64,000 nt of DNA from Promethearchaeota archaeon (GTDB lineage: Archaea; Asgardarchaeota; Lokiarchaeia; Sigyniarchaeales; SOKP01): assembly GCA_011364925.1 (NCBI GenBank), contig RDOA01000008.1, positions 32,001-96,000 of the forward strand. The letters are read 5' to 3'. Shown here one piece after another: positions 58,678 to 64,000 of this stretch. A model generated the notes under the pieces. It did no database searches and was not told the origin of the DNA. It worked only from the letters and a program-made list of their open reading frames with translations. Each line of letters opens with the position of its first letter. Position 1 is the first letter of the stretch. A program made the position numbers and the translations under genes.

Positions 58678-59121
58678 ATGGCAGAAGAATTCGCAAATTT
58701 CATGCAAGAAACAAAAAAAGCTCCACTTGAAGAAAAATTAAACGCTTTTGGAGATATCGTTGAAAGAATGATGTCTGTTATTCTGAGGATTCCAGATTTA
58801 GTAGATCAGTCTCTAGCAAGTGTTGGACAAAGAATTTCAACTTTAGAGTCACGATTAACCACAATTAATAGTGAAGTGTCAGCTCTTAGAACAAGAGGTT
58901 CTGGAACAGCTCCAGTTATCGCTGCACCTTCTGCTCCTACGAGTGCTCCTCCGCCCACATCGGGTCCACCTGGAGGTCCCCCCGGTGGCCCACCTGGAGG
59001 CCCACCACCTCCGCCAGGAGGTCCTGGTGCAGCACGCCCAGCGAGTCCTGTAAGCTTAAGAGGTGCTATAATGGGCGAGCTAAAACAATTATTTTCAAAA
59101 AGAGCTCAATCAGGACAATAA
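58678..59121 (+). CDS. coiled-coil / polyproline / C-terminal amphipathic helix protein (WASP/VASP-like architecture)
   Basis: GGAG SD; N-terminal coiled coil, (GPPG)3-GPPPPPG tract, C-terminal SLRGAIMGELKQLFSKR. Confidence 0.8.
   Translation: MAEEFANFMQETKKAPLEEKLNAFGDIVERMMSVILRIPDLVDQSLASVGQRISTLESRLTTINSEVSALRTRGSGTAPVIAAPSAPTSAPPPTSGPPGGPPGGPPGGPPPPPGGPGAARPASPVSLRGAIMGELKQLFSKRAQSGQ
58963..59028 (+). repeat. GC-rich 12-bp coding repeat encoding (GPPG)n-GPPPPPGGPG
   Basis: ggtccacctgga ggtccccccggt ggcccacctgga ggcccaccacct...; varied synonymous codons. Confidence 0.8.
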
Positions 59122-59246
59122 TCCTAAATTGTTTTTATTTTATGAATTAAGGATAATTTCCCAATTTATTTCTAAAGAAATTACAAATATATTAAGATTA
59201 AAATTAACTAACAAATATATCAATATAAAGAATTATAAGTGCAATA

Positions 59247-60989
59247 TTGGTTAATTCGGTGCCGAACGCATTAAATCGTGAAGTTGAATTCTCTAAAGTT
59301 AGAATTGCTCACGATTTTCAGAAGCAAATATTAGAAATCCCTTCTTTTATAAGAGTTCTCAATAATTATTATTATAATAAAACTGTTGTCCAATCAAAAT
59401 TAAAACCTTTAGCATTAAGGAAATTCAAAGGAGGGAGGAAACCTTTAGAGACTAATAAAAATTGGCTTTATCTTCTTCCTACGCCTTTAAATGTCTTAAG
59501 TAGGGATTTACTTCATAAAAAAGATGCTTTTCAATTCCCAGATAGCATTTTGTTATTTGAAGCTTGGATGAACTTAGGATTGGGTGCGTTATACCCTAGA
59601 TTAGCGCTACACTATAAATTCCCAGGAATATTAAAGAATGAAAAAATAAGGCATGTTTTTCAATTCACATTTTCTACCTCAAGAGGATTTGGATTTCCAA
59701 TCTATTTTGGACCACAATTTTATGAGTATTTTTTGACGATTGGTAAAATTCTTGAACCCTTATTTAAGTGGAGTCATACCATTTGTCATAGAGCTAATCA
59801 GGCCATATTTCTGGTCGGTAAGAGATATGGGATTAAAAGGCATCATCCTGGGGAATTTGAATCAGTTATTATTTCAGAATATGAAAATAATATGTTTAAA
59901 GGGATTGACACTCTCCTTCATGGATATTTCACTCAAGACCCAAAAAAACTGGGAACATACTCAAATTTAGACGAGATTCTTGATAATACGATGTTTTCTT
60001 ACTCTATTGGTGATCACGCTATGAGTATAGAAAGAAAAGTTAAGAATCAGACAATTACTATTCCTCTGATTACTCACGATTATATTGTTAACAAGTATAG
60101 TGTCAATTTTTATGAGTATCTAAAAGGTTTAATTTCCATCAAGAATCTTCTTATTAAAAAGATTTTGCTCTATAAAACGCAGAGAAAAGCATACATTAAC
60201 AAATTAAAAAGAATCGATAAAATTAAATTTAGATTAAGCCAATCTAAAAAAAAATCCATTCCCAATTTAAGATTGTTTAAACGATTTTCTAAAATTCAAG
60301 AATCTTCGCTTCACATTAAGCTTATGGAACAATTATTGGAAATATTATGGACTTCACCGTTGTACACTCACGCAATTCACCACAGTATAAATGAAGAAAT
60401 CACTTCTCAAAAATCTACAGACAACGAAACCCTTACCAATTTTGAAAAAGATTCAATGGATTCAATATTTTTATTATATATAAAATTTTTCGAACAAAAT
60501 AACGATTTTACATTTAAGGAAGTTGAAGTTTTTGACGAATTAAGGAAGGCTAGGGATCTAATAGGAACTATGTGGTTATCCTTTAAAGAAAAGCATTTTA
60601 AATTCGGTATTAAAAAAATAAATGAACTTTCACTTTTATCCATTACCAGGCAAGATTATAATAAATTTGTAAACGATATGATAAATAACCTCATACCTAT
60701 ATTTTCAATTTACGAAATCTTTAATAGATCGCTTTCAGAATCCGTTTATCCAGAATCTATCCCTCAAACCAAACGAATAGGAGCTTATATCGCAAGTTTT
60801 TTAACATCAAGGTTCAATCCTTTTGGTGTAAATTTAATGAACCTCTTCAACAGGCTTGCCTTTTATAATTGGAGCTACTTCATTATAAAAAAGAAGCTTA
60901 ATCGAACCAACTTTTTCAAATCAATTTTTAAGCTCCCTATATGGAAGTATATCCCTCCCAACATTGAAAAGAAAATTCTATCTTGTTAA
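59247..60989 (+). CDS. hypothetical protein (580 aa)
   Basis: long ORF; no motif recognised. Confidence 0.75.
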   Translation: MVNSVPNALNREVEFSKVRIAHDFQKQILEIPSFIRVLNNYYYNKTVVQSKLKPLALRKFKGGRKPLETNKNWLYLLPTPLNVLSRDLLHKKDAFQFPDSILLFEAWMNLGLGALYPRLALHYKFPGILKNEKIRHVFQFTFSTSRGFGFPIYFGPQFYEYFLTIGKILEPLFKWSHTICHRANQAIFLVGKRYGIKRHHPGEFESVIISEYENNMFKGIDTLLHGYFTQDPKKLGTYSNLDEILDNTMFSYSIGDHAMSIERKVKNQTITIPLITHDYIVNKYSVNFYEYLKGLISIKNLLIKKILLYKTQRKAYINKLKRIDKIKFRLSQSKKKSIPNLRLFKRFSKIQESSLHIKLMEQLLEILWTSPLYTHAIHHSINEEITSQKSTDNETLTNFEKDSMDSIFLLYIKFFEQNNDFTFKEVEVFDELRKARDLIGTMWLSFKEKHFKFGIKKINELSLLSITRQDYNKFVNDMINNLIPIFSIYEIFNRSLSESVYPESIPQTKRIGAYIASFLTSRFNPFGVNLMNLFNRLAFYNWSYFIIKKKLNRTNFFKSIFKLPIWKYIPPNIEKKILSC

Positions 60990-61019
60990 TAAGATTGATA
61001 AAATAAGGAATTAAATATT

Positions 61020-61601
61020 CTAAAATTCCAGAAATCCAGGATCATCAAAAATGTCGTCAATTTTCTTTTCTTTCTTCATATCGCTATCATCGTGTTCTGT
61101 AAACAATGACTCGTCATCGGTTTTTATCCCCTTCTCCAATTCTAATGTATCTAATTGAAGTAATGCGTTCTTTTCTTTTCTTTTATATTCTTCAGCTTTT
61201 GTTTTCCATCTATTTACTTCCTCGAGATCGACATTGTTCTCGTCCTCTAAGGCTTCAGCAGCTTTAGCTTTACAAAGATCAGTTAAAATAGAGTAACATA
61301 AAACTAATTCCCCCCACTCGTTCTTCTGTTTTAACTTTGCTATTCTTTTCTCTAGTCGCTGAAGTTCTTGATCAGCATAAAAGATGTCTATAAAATCTCC
61401 AAATGCATCAACAGGTTCCGAAATAGAATTAACAAGCACTTCCTTAGTTAGCCCACAATGGCCACACTTCACCGTAGCTATTGCACTTTTCCTAATATTT
61501 TCCACTTTTACGGATTTCTCTCCGCAGTTAGGGCATGTGAATATCTTCGGAACTTTTTTCACTCTTTTATAGGTTTGCTGCTTTCTTTTTCGTCTTCCCA
61601 T
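61020..61601 (-). CDS. elf1: transcription elongation factor Elf1 with long C-terminal extension
   Basis: MGRRKRK...PKIFTCPNCG...CGHCGL...EPVDAFGDFID; ~115 extra residues. Confidence 0.88.
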   Translation of the reverse strand: MGRRKRKQQTYKRVKKVPKIFTCPNCGEKSVKVENIRKSAIATVKCGHCGLTKEVLVNSISEPVDAFGDFIDIFYADQELQRLEKRIAKLKQKNEWGELVLCYSILTDLCKAKAAEALEDENNVDLEEVNRWKTKAEEYKRKEKNALLQLDTLELEKGIKTDDESLFTEHDDSDMKKEKKIDDIFDDPGFLEF

Positions 61602-61778
61602 CGAAATTCATACTCTAGTCTTTTTTATTTTATTTGTAAATAATTCAATCAACCAAAACTAAAAAATTTTCGCTTTTCTGAAAGTAGAACAGAGGAAACC
61701 AAAAGATTTTTTAGGAATGCTTAATTTATACACTTACTCTTTTTAGCTGAACTAGAAAATTGTATTTTTAATTGTAAG

Positions 61779-62891
61779 TTGATTTTAGGTATGGAACATA
61801 CGAATATATCAATCGAAAACGATAAAAACTTAATAGAGAAGGTTCTTGATGATATAGATATGAGGTACATTGTTTTATTTCTCTATGTCATAAGAAATGA
61901 CTTATTTAAAGATCTGGTTGATTCAGAACTGATTGAATCATATGAGAAAGTCTTAATTCTAGACGAAATTTTTAAAAACAATATTTTAAACTTCTGGAAT
62001 GATGAATTTATTGATGTAGCTATTGATTTAGGTTTATTCAAAAACATACGAAGTATGAGAGAATTTCAGCAAAAAGAAGGAGACTTTATAATTCGCCTGG
62101 GTGAAGAAACTATAACAATTGAAAACAACACTATTTCAGTCCCAGATCATACATTATTCTTAATAATAAATAAGAAGTTCAAGTTCTTAACAAGAAGGAA
62201 TTTTAACTCAGCTTTGATAAAATTGAAAGGAGTGCGGTGTGAGATAAATAATGTTATCCATCCGTTTATCTCTGAAATAGGAGAACATGATTATACAATT
62301 CCAAATGATATTTATTACATTTTAGACCAATATGGTAATGTTTATCAAGCGATTAAAATAGAAATTACAATCGAAGGTATGTATCAAAGGTATTTGGAAA
62401 TCCAAGAAAAAATTGACAAATTTATTGAAATCTTCGAGCCAAAATTAACGACTAAACCTTTTTTAAAGAAAATACATGAAGCCATAAAAGGAAAAAGAGA
62501 CATTATCACGGCCTTAAAGGATGATAAGCTAGAATTGTCCGAGAAATTTGACTGTAGTAAAATTGATATAGAAAATCCAATTTTTAAAGACTGGAATTCC
62601 AAATTAATGCAATTGCTGAATTATTCATTTCAAATGAAGGAAATAGAAAATCAAATACTAGATATTAAGAAATATTATTCCGGAAAGGGTAAAAAGTATA
62701 ACTACCTTGAATTTATTGAGAAAATATCTTTTAATGAAAATAACATTGTAAGCAATATTCAAGATGCTTTGATTAAACTTAGAGAAGAGTTAAAAGATAT
62801 CAACAATCAAATTGAAATCTTAACAAAGAAAAAACTAAAACTAATCAATTTGGATTATGAAAGATATTTAATAATGAGTAGTGATGAATAA
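61779..62891 (+). CDS. hypothetical protein with C-terminal coiled coil
   Basis: 370-aa ORF; heptad-rich C-terminus. Confidence 0.75.
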   Translation: MILGMEHTNISIENDKNLIEKVLDDIDMRYIVLFLYVIRNDLFKDLVDSELIESYEKVLILDEIFKNNILNFWNDEFIDVAIDLGLFKNIRSMREFQQKEGDFIIRLGEETITIENNTISVPDHTLFLIINKKFKFLTRRNFNSALIKLKGVRCEINNVIHPFISEIGEHDYTIPNDIYYILDQYGNVYQAIKIEITIEGMYQRYLEIQEKIDKFIEIFEPKLTTKPFLKKIHEAIKGKRDIITALKDDKLELSEKFDCSKIDIENPIFKDWNSKLMQLLNYSFQMKEIENQILDIKKYYSGKGKKYNYLEFIEKISFNENNIVSNIQDALIKLREELKDINNQIEILTKKKLKLINLDYERYLIMSSDE

Positions 62892-62893
62892 TT

Positions 62894-63850
62894 TTGAAAT
62901 GTTCTGCGTGTAATATCGAAATGGAATCACTTGTTCCGGGAATATTCCAATGTCCACGTTGCAAAAAAATACAAAAACAAAAAGATGATAAAAAAGAGAA
63001 AGAAGCAGAAACACATATAGAGCAGGGGGAATTTCTGGATGGAGACTATTTCCATAAGAATGCTAGTCTTAATAAACAGTATGAAATTTGCGAAAAAGGA
63101 GTAATAATTGACAAAACAGAAACCCGCTTATTTGCTGCATTGATATGTCATAGCGCTTATTTAAAAGATGAAAAATATATAAGACTCTCATGGTGGAAAA
63201 CATATCAACATGCGGGTATGTTTAAAATATACGACAAAGATGTATTGAATAATGTTATTACATCATTAGAAAAAATTAATGATAGTTTCGATGATGTTTG
63301 GAAATGGATTGGAAAATATGGTAAACAAGAACCTAAAACAGAAGAAATATTAGAAAAAGAAAAGTATTTAGAGTTACTCAGATCTCGGATAATTGAAAAT
63401 CGTACCTGTCCAAAATGTCAAAAAAAAATGAATAAAGAAAAATCTCACTACGAATGCCAACATTGTGGTGAGATTGTTATCCTTGAAGGCTACAACCAAC
63501 CTATCTTTAACATACCTTCTAAAGAACTTGATTTATCCTTCCAAGCTAACTTTCCAATTAATTACTATATGCCTGTAAGTGGTATTACTGTAAAATGGCT
63601 TATGGGGGAATGGAAAGCAATAGTAATAATTCATTCTAAAGATAATCCAAATAAAAAATGGCTCCGATTTTACTGGTGGATGAGAGATTTGAGTAATATT
63701 TTAAAATTTGGGCAAAGAGAGATAGGAGAGGGCACACAAATGGGCTGGAAAGCACAAAAAGGTATAGCTTCACCAAATATGTACGATAAAAAATTAGTAA
63801 TCCCTTTAATTAAGGCGTTAAAGAAAATCCAAGCAGATTTAGATTGGTAG
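62894..63850 (+). CDS. tandem (zinc ribbon + PC4/PUR-like) repeat protein
   Basis: two CxxC..CxxC ribbons, each followed by a domain with K.(Y/W)(I/L)R..WW...YDK..(L/I)...L.KI. Confidence 0.65.
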   Translation: MKCSACNIEMESLVPGIFQCPRCKKIQKQKDDKKEKEAETHIEQGEFLDGDYFHKNASLNKQYEICEKGVIIDKTETRLFAALICHSAYLKDEKYIRLSWWKTYQHAGMFKIYDKDVLNNVITSLEKINDSFDDVWKWIGKYGKQEPKTEEILEKEKYLELLRSRIIENRTCPKCQKKMNKEKSHYECQHCGEIVILEGYNQPIFNIPSKELDLSFQANFPINYYMPVSGITVKWLMGEWKAIVIIHSKDNPNKKWLRFYWWMRDLSNILKFGQREIGEGTQMGWKAQKGIASPNMYDKKLVIPLIKALKKIQADLDW

Positions 63851-63884
63851 ATAATAACAATTTTTATAATAAATCGTGAAATTG

Positions 63885-64000
63885 ATGGAAAATTTTAAAG
63901 ATTCTACATGGAAAGAATTACTTCAAGACTTTCAAAAAGGTATAGATAGAGCGATTGAAGAACTGGAAAATAGAGATGTAGAAAACATCCCTGGGGCAAA
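63885..64000 (+). CDS. hypothetical protein, 3'-truncated by window edge
   Basis: ATG 63885, open to the end: MENFKDSTWKELLQDFQKGIDRAIEELENRDVENIPGA. Confidence 0.55.
   Translation, partial: MENFKDSTWKELLQDFQKGIDRAIEELENRDVENIPGA

Noticed and set aside
58950-59030. GC-rich patch as possible foreign DNA or RNA gene
   Set aside because: Fully explained by Gly/Pro codons in frame with 58678-59121
83-62602. numerous 60-120 aa ORFs antisense to or nested in housekeeping genes (e.g. 7150-7404, 12476-12787, 16362-16670, 25891-26259, 41825-42178)
   Set aside because: Shadow ORFs of well-supported genes; no independent motifs
1-64000. CRISPR arrays, inteins (RpoB, DP2, NrdD, RtcB, Cdc6), selenoprotein read-through
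   Set aside because: No repeat-spacer structure seen; protein lengths and motifs are contiguous; no UGA-split ORFs noticed

Overview
AT-rich archaeal chromosomal window, almost certainly an Asgard archaeon of Lokiarchaeia type. This is inferred from an unsplit rpoB, PolD, Elf1, five small Rab/Arf/Rag-like GTPases and several longin/roadblock proteins. Most of the window is housekeeping: rpoH-rpoB, cbf5, PolD DP1/DP2, orc1/cdc6, PAN, MBF1, TFE, NAC, NrdD, PanB, MfnA, IlvE, ThiL, CarS, RtcB, archease and pelota. There are three tRNAs (Lys-UUU, Thr-CGU, Leu-GAG). No CRISPR array, transposase or integrase was seen. The most interesting signal is a candidate actin/membrane-remodelling neighbourhood at 55.4-59.1 kb. 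It comprises an unannotated 51-aa stand-alone WH2-like microprotein (missing from the ORF track), a sorting-nexin/Vps5-type BAR-like protein, and a small coiled-coil + GPPPPP polyproline + WH2/C-like helix protein resembling a minimal WASP/VASP-family factor. Other highlights are a tRNA-Lys with a perfect BHB intron in the T-loop (59/60), an NPRL2-like longin-wHTH protein alongside Rag-like GTPases, a Rab with a ~400-aa Pro-rich repeat tail, an extended Elf1, and an ArsR-ARPP-1 operon with tandem operators. All homology calls are by motif recognition from memory; no database searches were run.
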